Assembly (NCBI GenBank): GCA_963665325.3
Contig: OZ224045.1
Coordinates: 256,001 to 320,000 of the forward strand
Source of the DNA: Alphaproteobacteria bacterium
GTDB taxonomy: Bacteria > Pseudomonadota > Alphaproteobacteria > Bin95
Length of the DNA stretch: 64,000 nucleotides
Reading direction: 5' to 3'
The position numbers and the translations under genes were made by a program. This document shows, in pieces, positions 18,410 through 26,714 of the stretch (the first letter of the stretch is position 1; each line of letters opens with the position of its first letter). The notes beneath the pieces are model-generated. The model saw nothing but the letters and a program-made list of their open reading frames with translations, made no database searches and was not told where the DNA came from.

Positions 18410-19216
18410 TCACGCCGAGGGCTCGGCGCCGAGGTCGAACACGATGCCTTCGAGGTCGGCGCTCGGGGCGGGGTATCGGGCCGTCACGAGCTGGTCATGG
18501 CCGGGAACCAGCCGGTCGAGCGAGCCTGCGAGCGCAAGGCAGCGGCGGTAGCCTTCGACCATCTTCGCCAGGTCGTAGAAGATCGCGAAGGGCCGCTCGT
18601 CGGTCACTTCCTCGAACAGGTGGACCGCGTCCGAGGCAAGCAGTATCCAGCCCCGCCTGCTGTGGACGCGCAGCACGGTCTGGCCGCGCGCATGCCCGCC
18701 GATCAGGTGCGATTCGAGGCCGGGCGCGATTTCCACGACCTGCTCGGTATCGAAGCGCAGCCTGTCCTCATAGACGAGCTGCACCAGGGCCTGGGTGTCG
18801 CGCAGATGGTAGGCGTGGCGAAAGGCCGGATGCGTCATGTCGGGACCGGTGATGGATGCCATTTCCTCGGCATGCATACGGAACGACGCGGCCGGATAGT
18901 CGGCGAGATTGCCGACATGGTCGAAATGCGCGTGGGTCAGCAGTACGTCGGTCGCCGTCTTCGCTTCAACACCGAGTCGGCCGAGAACCGCCGCCGGGTC
19001 GTGCAGATGCATGCGGCCGCCCTCGCCGGAAATGTCGGACTTGAAGCCGGTGTCCACGATCCAGGTGCGCCCGGCCCCCGTTATGACATAGGTGAAGAAG
19101 TCGAGGCCCGGGATCATCTTCGCCGGGTCGCCGCCCATGAAAGTCGAACCTTCCGGGCGCTCTTTCTGCTCGCCATAGCGGATTGCAAGGACATCGTAGG
19201 ACGGCAGGCCATTCAT
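18410..19216 (-). CDS. N-acyl-homoserine lactonase family metallo-beta-lactamase-fold hydrolase
   Basis: VDTGF, THAHFDH (HxHxDH), GGH, LASDA, VPGHD. Confidence 0.85.
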   Translation of the reverse strand: MNGLPSYDVLAIRYGEQKERPEGSTFMGGDPAKMIPGLDFFTYVITGAGRTWIVDTGFKSDISGEGGRMHLHDPAAVLGRLGVEAKTATDVLLTHAHFDHVGNLADYPAASFRMHAEEMASITGPDMTHPAFRHAYHLRDTQALVQLVYEDRLRFDTEQVVEIAPGLESHLIGGHARGQTVLRVHSRRGWILLASDAVHLFEEVTDERPFAIFYDLAKMVEGYRRCLALAGSLDRLVPGHDQLVTARYPAPSADLEGIVFDLGAEPSA

Positions 19217-19255
19217 GCGGGGACTCTCCGATGCTGCTAATGTGCCGCCGCTCCT

Positions 19256-20092
19256 GTGGAGGACGGCTTCCTGGCGCCCAGTCTAGCACCGACGGTCAGC
19301 ATTCTGGTCCCGTGTTTCGAGGCTGCCGCAACGATCGGCAAGGCCGTCGAAAGCGCGCTTGCCCAGACGTTCGACGACATCGAGGTGATCCTCGCCTCCG
19401 ACGACGGCGAGGACTATGCGGCCATGCTCGGCTGCGCCGACCCACGTGTAAGGCAGGTCTCCACCGGGCGGATCGGCAGCGGCGACGGGCCGGCGCGAAA
19501 TGTCGCGCTCGGTGCGGCCCGCGGGCGTTTCGTCGCCAATCTCGATGCCGACGACACCATACGACCGGAACGCCTCGCCCATATGCTGCCCTATGCGGAG
19601 CGATACGGCGCGGCGATAGACAACACGGCGCTCTGGATCGACGGCAGCTTGACCAAGACGGCGTTCCCGCCGGCCCCGGCCGACTTCCGGTTGACTGCGG
19701 AGGCGATCCTCGGTCCCCGCCTGCCGATGAATGCACTCCTGCGGCGCAACCTCGCGGGCGAGGGGTGGCCCGCATTCGATTTCTGCAGCGATGTCGTGTT
19801 CAACCTCGAAGTGCTGAGCCGGTGCCCGGATTTCCGGGGCCTTGCCCGCAGCGGTTACGACTATGTCAAGCGGGACGGCTCGATCACGCAGTCGCCGGAT
19901 ACGGCCGATAGGGCGGCGCGGGGCTATGCGGCGATTATCGCCGCCATCGACGCCGGCGAACTCGATCTCACTCCCGAAGTCGCAGCGGCAGCGCGGGAAG
20001 AATTCGCCGCAAACGCCCGCGCCAACGAGGCGTTCCGGGCCGCTCACAGGTCCGGCGCTGTCGAGAACCTGGAAGCCTGGCTCGCATCGTGA
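19256..20092 (+). CDS. glycosyltransferase family 2 protein
   Basis: VSILVPCF, SALAQT, ARNVAL, LDADD (DxD); start uncertain (GTG). Confidence 0.85.
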   Translation: MEDGFLAPSLAPTVSILVPCFEAAATIGKAVESALAQTFDDIEVILASDDGEDYAAMLGCADPRVRQVSTGRIGSGDGPARNVALGAARGRFVANLDADDTIRPERLAHMLPYAERYGAAIDNTALWIDGSLTKTAFPPAPADFRLTAEAILGPRLPMNALLRRNLAGEGWPAFDFCSDVVFNLEVLSRCPDFRGLARSGYDYVKRDGSITQSPDTADRAARGYAAIIAAIDAGELDLTPEVAAAAREEFAANARANEAFRAAHRSGAVENLEAWLAS

Positions 20093-20823
20093 CGGTCGTA
20101 CTCGTTACCGGCGCAGCACGGCGCATCGGTCGCCATCTGGCGCTCGCCTTCGGCCGCTCGGGCTGTTCCGTTGGCGTTCACTACAATGGCTCGCAGAGCG
20201 AGGCCGAGACGCTTGCAAAGCGAATCGAGCATGCCGCCCTGCTGCCCGCCGATCTTGCGGAGTGGGACGCAGCGGAAGCCCTGATTGCCGGTTGCGAAGC
20301 CGATCTGGGGCCCGTCGATGTTCTCATCAACTGCGCTTCCACCTTCGAGTATGACGACATGGAAACGCTGGAAGCCGGAACCTGGGACCGCAATATGGCG
20401 GTCAATCTGGCGGCCCCGGTGAATCTAATCCGGGCCGTCGCCGCCCGCGGGCGTCCGGCCGTCGCCGTCAATTTTCTGGATTTCAAGGTCTGGCGGCCGA
20501 GTGCGTCCTTTCTCTCCTATACGCTGGCTAAGACCGCGCTGCAGAACGCCACGACGATGCTGGCACAGGCGCTGGCGCCGACCGTGCGGGTCAATGCGGT
20601 CGCTCCCGGCGTCGTGCTGCCCAGTGGCGGCCAGAGCGCCGACGAATACCGGGCGGTCGTCAGCTCTACCCTCCTGGAGCGAGAGATCGCGCTGGACGAC
20701 CTGTTCCGGGCGGTGCGTTACCTGGTCGAAACGGAGAGCATTACGGGCGAGACGCTCTATGTTGACGCCGGATTCCGCTTTCAGGACTATGAGGACGTCG
20801 AGACGGCGATGATCGAAGAATGA
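20089..20823 (+). CDS. SDR oxidoreductase, pteridine reductase/FolM-like
   Basis: TGAARRIG, VHY, VNLAAP, YTLAK, LAPTVRVNAVAPG; adjacent to folB. Confidence 0.85.
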   Translation: MTVVLVTGAARRIGRHLALAFGRSGCSVGVHYNGSQSEAETLAKRIEHAALLPADLAEWDAAEALIAGCEADLGPVDVLINCASTFEYDDMETLEAGTWDRNMAVNLAAPVNLIRAVAARGRPAVAVNFLDFKVWRPSASFLSYTLAKTALQNATTMLAQALAPTVRVNAVAPGVVLPSGGQSADEYRAVVSSTLLEREIALDDLFRAVRYLVETESITGETLYVDAGFRFQDYEDVETAMIEE

Positions 20824-21185
20824 CGCGGACTTGGCAGCGAGTTGCCCTCGAAGATGTTGCCGTCGAGGCCAAAGTCGGGGTTGCGGATTGGGAACGTCAT
20901 CCCGACAGGCGTCAGCGCCTGCTCGTCGATGTCGAGATGACCCGGCCCGAATGGGAGATGGCCCGCAGCCTCGACGACTGCATCGACTATGACCGTGTCT
21001 ATGCGTACGTGACCTCGGAGTGGCCGAACCGCCCGCATACCGACCTGCTTGAAACGCTGGTGGACGAGCTTCTGGAACTGTGCCTGCAGGACCCGAAGGT
21101 AGCGTGGTGCCGGGTTCGGGTGCGCAAGCCGGATGTCTATAACGGCCGGGCCGTGCCGGTCGTCGAGGCGGCGCGCGAAAGATGA
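20820..21185 (+). CDS. folB: dihydroneopterin aldolase
   Basis: GVADWE, QRLLVDV, IDYD, LLETL, VRVRKPD. Confidence 0.8.
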   Translation: MTRTWQRVALEDVAVEAKVGVADWERHPDRRQRLLVDVEMTRPEWEMARSLDDCIDYDRVYAYVTSEWPNRPHTDLLETLVDELLELCLQDPKVAWCRVRVRKPDVYNGRAVPVVEAARER

Positions 21186-22726
21186 CGGCCGGCGCGGTGC
21201 AGGCCGCCCGCACCCTTCCCGGCCTGCTGGATGCGCTTGCGGAAAGCGCTCCGGAGCACGAATTCCTGGTCTATGGCGGCGAACGCTGGAGCTACGCGGC
21301 CTTTCGCGACGAGACCGCCCGACTTGCCGCCGGCCTTGCATCCTTGGGAATCGGACGCGGCGACAATGTCGGGCTGTTGATGGGCAATCGTGCCGAGTGG
21401 CTCACCACAATGTTCGCCGCGCTCTCGCTGGGCGCGCGCGTGGTCGCGGTCAACACCTGGTTTCGCGCCCGCGAACTTCGCCATGTGCTCGCCAAGGCGG
21501 ACATCGCGCTGCTGGTCGCCGCAGACCGCTATCTGGGGCAGGACTACCTGTCGCTGCTCCGCGAAGCCGAAGCGTTTCGGAAGGTCGGAACCGTTGTCAT
21601 TCTGGGCGAGACGCCGCCCGACGCCTTACCCTTCGCCCGCCTCCGCGGCAGTCCCGGCGCCTTTCCCGGTCCGGACCCCGACGACACGGCGCTGATCCTG
21701 TTTACTTCAGGCACGACCGCCATGCCGAAAGGCGCGCAGCTCACTCATCGCGGCATCGTGGAGAACATGCGAGCCATCGGCGAGCGGATGCGGCTCGAAC
21801 CGCAAGACCGGGTGTGGCTCGCGATCAACCTCTTCTGGAGCTTCGCTGCGGCCAACGCGCTCGGCGCCGCACTCACCCACGGGGCGACGATCGTCCTCCA
21901 GCATGCTTTCGAGCCCGGCGAGGCGATGGCGTTGATCGAGCGGGAGCGATGTTCGGTCTTTTACGGCCTGCCCAACATGGCGCATGCGATGTGGGAACAT
22001 CCGGACCGTCCGTCACGCGACCTTTCGTCCTTGCGAACCGGGCTTTCCATCGGCACGCCAAGCGAGATGGCGCTGATCGAACGGCTCGGGGTCGAGCGAA
22101 TCCTTCAGGTTTACGGCCTGACGGAAGCCTATGGGAACTCGGCGGTTTGCGATTACGACGACCCGGTCGAAGTCCGTCACACGACATGCGGTCGGCCGCT
22201 GCCCGGTCAGGACTTCCGCCTTGTCGATCCCGAGACCGGTCTGGACGGCGACCGGGGCGAAATCTGGCTGCGCGGTCGAAATATGCCGGGATACTACAAC
22301 GACCCGGAACGCAATGCCGAAATCTTCGCCGCGGACGGCTGGATGAAGACCGGGGACCTCGCCGCCTGGGACGATGGCGGCCGGCTGCTATTCCAGGGGC
22401 GTCTCAAGGAAATGCTGAAATCGGGCGGTATCAACATCGCGCCGCGCGAAATCGAGATGTTCCTGCAGGACCAGCCGGGCGTCGCGGAGGCGTATATCGT
22501 CGGCCTGCCGGACACCGCGAAGGGGGAGGTACCCGTGGCGGTCGTGGTCGCCGAACCCGGCGCGTCGCCGGACGCCGAAACGCTAAGGCGGGCCTGCCGG
22601 GCGGAACTCGCCGCCTACAAGACGCCGCAGCGCATCGAGATCGTCGAGCGAGCAGCCCTGCCGGTCACGGCGACCGGCAAGGTCCGAAAGCTCGAACTCG
22701 CAGAACGGCTGGCTCAGCCGTCGTAG
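21182..22726 (+). CDS. AMP-binding acyl-CoA synthetase family protein
   Basis: FTSGTTAMPKG, YGLTE, GWMKTGD, GRLKEMLKSGG, TGKVRK. Confidence 0.92.
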   Translation: MTAGAVQAARTLPGLLDALAESAPEHEFLVYGGERWSYAAFRDETARLAAGLASLGIGRGDNVGLLMGNRAEWLTTMFAALSLGARVVAVNTWFRARELRHVLAKADIALLVAADRYLGQDYLSLLREAEAFRKVGTVVILGETPPDALPFARLRGSPGAFPGPDPDDTALILFTSGTTAMPKGAQLTHRGIVENMRAIGERMRLEPQDRVWLAINLFWSFAAANALGAALTHGATIVLQHAFEPGEAMALIERERCSVFYGLPNMAHAMWEHPDRPSRDLSSLRTGLSIGTPSEMALIERLGVERILQVYGLTEAYGNSAVCDYDDPVEVRHTTCGRPLPGQDFRLVDPETGLDGDRGEIWLRGRNMPGYYNDPERNAEIFAADGWMKTGDLAAWDDGGRLLFQGRLKEMLKSGGINIAPREIEMFLQDQPGVAEAYIVGLPDTAKGEVPVAVVVAEPGASPDAETLRRACRAELAAYKTPQRIEIVERAALPVTATGKVRKLELAERLAQPS

Positions 22727-22738
22727 TCCATCCTGTCC

Positions 22739-23620
22739 TCAGGATCGCGGCAATCCGCGCAGCCAGTCCGAGAGCGCCTTGCCGATCTCGTCGGGGGAGT
22801 CTTCCTGGATGAAGTGGCTTCCCTTGACCTTTGCTACGGTCTGGTTCGGCCAGCCGAGGCAAAAGTCGCGCTGCGGGCCCGTTAGGATGGCTCCGGGTTC
22901 GGCATCGATGAACAGCTTGGCGACATCCGAGGCCGCCAGCCATTCCGAATAGGCGCGGACGATCTCCACCACGTCTTCCGGTTCCCCAGAGATGGGAATC
23001 TCGCGCGGCCAGGTCAGGGTTGGGCGGCGGTCCTCGCCCGGCGTCGCGAAAGGCCGGCGGTAAACCACCATTTCCTCCTCGGACATCTTCCGCAGGATGG
23101 AACTCGGGAGCACACGCTCGACGAACACGTTCTTCTCCAGCACCATCCCTTCGCCAGCCGGCGAGCGGAAGCCCTGGAACACGGCCTTCGCCGCTTCCGG
23201 CCATTCCTCCCAAGTCACCGGCCGTACGAGCGCCTCCATGTAGCAGAAGCCCCGCACCCGGTCGCGGTGCCGGTTGCCCCAGTCGAAACCGAGCGCCGAA
23301 CCCCAGTCGTGGATGACGAAAACGGCATTGCCTCCGAGGCCGACGGCATCGAGGAATCCGTCCAGATATTCGCGGTGTTCCACGAAGCGGTAGCTGCCGG
23401 GCCCGGGATCGTCGAGCTTGTCGCTGTCGCCCATGCCGATCAGGTCCGGCGCCAGACACCGGGCCTGCCCTGCAACATGCGGCATGATGTTGCGCCAGAG
23501 GTAGGACGATGTCGGATTGCCGTGCAGGAACACGACCGGGTCGCCCTCCCCCATCTCGACATAGGCCATCCGCTTGCCCTTCACCTCGACAAAGGACTTC
23601 GGCAGTTCGGCTGCATTCAT
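22739..23620 (-). CDS. haloalkane dehalogenase (LinB/DhaA type)
   Basis: [19 protein letters not shown] nucleophile, [20 protein letters not shown]. Confidence 0.93.
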   Translation of the reverse strand: MNAAELPKSFVEVKGKRMAYVEMGEGDPVVFLHGNPTSSYLWRNIMPHVAGQARCLAPDLIGMGDSDKLDDPGPGSYRFVEHREYLDGFLDAVGLGGNAVFVIHDWGSALGFDWGNRHRDRVRGFCYMEALVRPVTWEEWPEAAKAVFQGFRSPAGEGMVLEKNVFVERVLPSSILRKMSEEEMVVYRRPFATPGEDRRPTLTWPREIPISGEPEDVVEIVRAYSEWLAASDVAKLFIDAEPGAILTGPQRDFCLGWPNQTVAKVKGSHFIQEDSPDEIGKALSDWLRGLPRS

Positions 23621-23626
23621 GGACGG

Positions 23627-24415
23627 CTATTTCCCGGTAAAGTTCGGTTTGCGTTTCTCGGCGAAGGCCCCTACGCCCTCGCGCCCGTCAGCACTGGCAG
23701 CGCGGGCGGCGATGGAACGGGACTCCAGCTCCATCTGCGTTTCGAGACCGTTCTGGAAGCTCTCCATCATCAACCGCTTGACCATGCCATAGGCTCCTGT
23801 CGGTCCTTCGGCGAAGGCGCGCGCCTGCTTTTCCGCCTCCACCATCAACTCGCCGTCCGGAACCACGCGATCGACGATGCCGAGTGCCATGGCTTCGGCG
23901 GCGCTCAGCAGCCTGTTCGTGAGCGCCAGTTCCTTCGCACGGCGGAAACCCGCCAGCCGGGGCAGGAACCAGGTCGAGCTGCCGTCCGGCGACAGTGCGG
24001 CCGCGGTATAGGCCATGGTGAACCTGGCGCCCTCGCCCGCGAAGACGACGTCTCCCGTCATCGCGAGCGACATCCCGCCGCCGGCCGCCATACCGTTGAC
24101 AGCGATGACCACCGGGGCATCCATCCGGTTCATCACGGCAATGCCGGTATGAAGGCTCGTGGTCATCTCGGCCAGCACCGACTCGACCTTGTCGCCCGCC
24201 TGCAGGAAGAACTTGAGGTCGCCGCCCGCGCTGAACATCTTGCCGGCACCGGTCATCAGCACGGCCCGCACCGCCTTGTTCTTGTCGCAGTCGATCATGA
24301 TGCGGTGGAACGCCCGGACGAACTCCAGGTCGAAGGCATTGGCGGCGTCGGGGCGATTGAGCGTCACATAAGCGAGGCCGTCGCGGACTTCGTAGAGGAT
24401 CGAATCTTCGGACAT
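23627..24415 (-). CDS. enoyl-CoA hydratase/isomerase family protein
   Basis: TLNRPDAANA, FSAGGD, AVNGMAAGGG, AFAEKRKPNFTG; start MSEDS at 24415. Confidence 0.92.
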   Translation of the reverse strand: MSEDSILYEVRDGLAYVTLNRPDAANAFDLEFVRAFHRIMIDCDKNKAVRAVLMTGAGKMFSAGGDLKFFLQAGDKVESVLAEMTTSLHTGIAVMNRMDAPVVIAVNGMAAGGGMSLAMTGDVVFAGEGARFTMAYTAAALSPDGSSTWFLPRLAGFRRAKELALTNRLLSAAEAMALGIVDRVVPDGELMVEAEKQARAFAEGPTGAYGMVKRLMMESFQNGLETQMELESRSIAARAASADGREGVGAFAEKRKPNFTGK

Positions 24416-24422
24416 CGCGCGA

Positions 24423-25403
24423 TTACTCCACCAGCAGGACCGTCGAACCGGTCGTCTTGCGTCCTTCCAGGTCCTCATGCGCTTTCCTGGCGTCGGCGAG
24501 CGCATAGGTCTGGTTGACCTCGATCCTGACCTTGCCCGACTCCACCATCGCGAACAGCGCCCCGGCCGAGTCCTGTACTTCCTGCTGCGTCACGGCGTAA
24601 TTGGCCAGGGACGGACGAGTGACATAGAGCGAGCCCTTGGCTCCGAGAACGCCGGGCGCGAAGGGCTCGGCCGGGCCGGAGGCATTGCCGAAGGAGACCA
24701 TCAGGCCGCGCGGGGCCAGACAATCCAGCGATTCGTCCCAGGTGGACTTGCCGACGCTGTCATAGACCACCGGAACGCCCGCGCCGCCGGTCAGCTCGCG
24801 CACCTGCCGGGCTATGCCGCCTTCCTTGTAGTCGATCATGTGGTCGTAACCGTAACCGCCTGCGAGCGCGCATTTCTCGGGCCCGCCCGCCGTGCCGATG
24901 ACGGTGGCGCCGAGCGCCTTTGCCCACTGTCCGGCAATCAGGCCGACACCGCCGGCCGCCGCGTGGAACAGGATGGTCTGTCCCGCGCTCACCTCAAAGG
25001 TACGATTCAACAGATATTCCACCGTCATGCCCTTGAGCATCATGGCGGCGGCCTGCTTGTCATCGATCCCGTCGGGCAGCTTCACCAGGCGGTCGGCAGG
25101 CATGATGCGCGCCTCGGAGTAAGAGCCCGGCGGGCCCATGGCGTAGGCGGCGCGGTCTCCCGGCCGGATATGTTCGACGCCTGCGCCGACCGCCTCGACA
25201 ACGCCTGCGCCCTCGGTGCCGATGCCGCTCGGCATGGGCAGTTCATACAGCCCGGAGCGGTGGTAGGTGTCGATGTAGTTCAAGCCGATGGCCGTTTGAC
25301 GAATCAGGGCTTGGCCGGGTCCGGGGTCGCCCACCGTTACCGTGCGAAGTTCCATCGCCGATGGCGGACCCGGCCTATCGATCTGGATGGCTTTGACCTG
25401 CAT
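24423..25403 (-). CDS. qor: NADPH:quinone oxidoreductase (zeta-crystallin/Qor type)
   Basis: GLNYIDTYHRSG, LKGMT, HAAAGGVG, VSFGNASG, GRKTTGS. Confidence 0.9.
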   Translation of the reverse strand: MQVKAIQIDRPGPPSAMELRTVTVGDPGPGQALIRQTAIGLNYIDTYHRSGLYELPMPSGIGTEGAGVVEAVGAGVEHIRPGDRAAYAMGPPGSYSEARIMPADRLVKLPDGIDDKQAAAMMLKGMTVEYLLNRTFEVSAGQTILFHAAAGGVGLIAGQWAKALGATVIGTAGGPEKCALAGGYGYDHMIDYKEGGIARQVRELTGGAGVPVVYDSVGKSTWDESLDCLAPRGLMVSFGNASGPAEPFAPGVLGAKGSLYVTRPSLANYAVTQQEVQDSAGALFAMVESGKVRIEVNQTYALADARKAHEDLEGRKTTGSTVLLVE

Positions 25404-25471
25404 CTTGCCTCACTTTATGTAGCGTCTTCCCGTTGTTTCGCGCATCGCCGCAGATTCCGCAAGGAGCGTCC

Positions 25472-26689
25472 ATGACCCGTTACGCCGACATGCCGGAAGG
25501 AATGGCCAAGCATCTGGCCCGTCTGTCGCTGCCTGAAATCGAGGGCGGCGCGTTCGTGTCCGGGCCGCCGCTCGCCGAACGCCGGATCGCTGTCGTTTCC
25601 TCCGCCGGCCTCGGCAGGCGAGGCGACCGGCCATTCGGTCCGGGAGCCGTCGACTACAGGGTGCTCCCGTCAGATACCGACGCGAACGACATCCTGATGA
25701 GCCATATCTCAGTCAACTACGACCGGACCGGCTTCCAGCAGGACCTCAACATCGTCTATCCAGTGGAGCGGCTGAAGGAAATGGCCGCCGGCGGCGAGAT
25801 CGGCGGCGTTGCAGCCCACCATTACTCCTTCATGGGCGCCAGCGATCCTGTGCCGATGCAACCCTTTGCCGAGGATGTTGCGGCCGCCATGCAGGCCGAA
25901 GGCGTCGACACCGCGCTTCTGGTCCCCGTCTGACCGAACTGCACGCGCGCCGTGTGCGCGCTCGCCCACTATCTGGAACGCAAGGGCATCGCGACCGTGG
26001 TTGTGGCCCTCGTGCATGAACATGCCGAGGCGATCGCCAATCCCCGCACGCTGTCCGTGCCCTTCGAGCTCGGCCGGCCCCTCGGAGTTCCCGACAATCC
26101 GGAATTCCAGCTTCGGGTGTTGCGCGCTGCGCTTGCACTGCTCGACCGGCCGGCCGGCCCCGTGCTGGAAGAGTTTCCCGATCCGGCGCCGCAGCCTGCG
26201 GATTACGATGGCTGGGCCTGTCCAATAGCCCTTCCCCGGCCCGAGACGGTCCCGGAAAACGGCCACAAGCGGCTTGTCGCGGAGGAAGTCGCGCGTCTGC
26301 GGCCCTGGTGGGACCTGGCAAAGGAGCGGCGCGGGCGCACCACCGTCGGCGCCAGCGGCTATGACATCGAGGAGGCAGCCCGGATGGTCTGTCGCTACGC
26401 GGATGGCGGCAAACCGGACGATCCGGGAGTGGAACGCAAATTGTCGCTCTCGCTGAAACTCGCTTGCGACGACCTGATGGCCTTCTACACGGAAGCCGCA
26501 ACGGCGCAGCCCGGAGGGGCCGGCTCGCAAGACCTCTCCGACTGGTTCTGGGGCGAAACGGCAGCTGGCAAGGCGCTGCTTGCGTTGCGCGAGCGGGCGG
26601 GCGGCGAAGAGGACAAAGGCATGAAACTGGTCGGCAGTCTGCTCATCCTGCCGAGAAATCAGGCGCACCGCGCAAGGGCCTCGAAATAG
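25472..26689 (+). CDS. GrdB/PrdB-like (glycine/sarcosine/betaine/D-proline reductase selenoprotein B family) selenoprotein, Sec at TGA 25931-25933, with extra C-terminal domain, ~405 aa
   Basis: AAGGAG then ATG 25472; IAVVSSAG, DLNIVYPVERLKEM, HYSFMG; in-frame readthrough LLVPV-U-PNCTRAVCALAHYLERKGI...PFELGRPLG. Confidence 0.87.
25945..25961 (+). promoter_or_regulatory. putative bacterial SECIS element
   Basis: Stem GCGCGC/GCGCGC, loop CGUGU starting 17 nt after the UGA, with G at loop position 2 followed by U. Confidence 0.62.
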
Positions 26690-26714
26690 CCTGATTCTTG
26701 GGCCTATATGGCGC

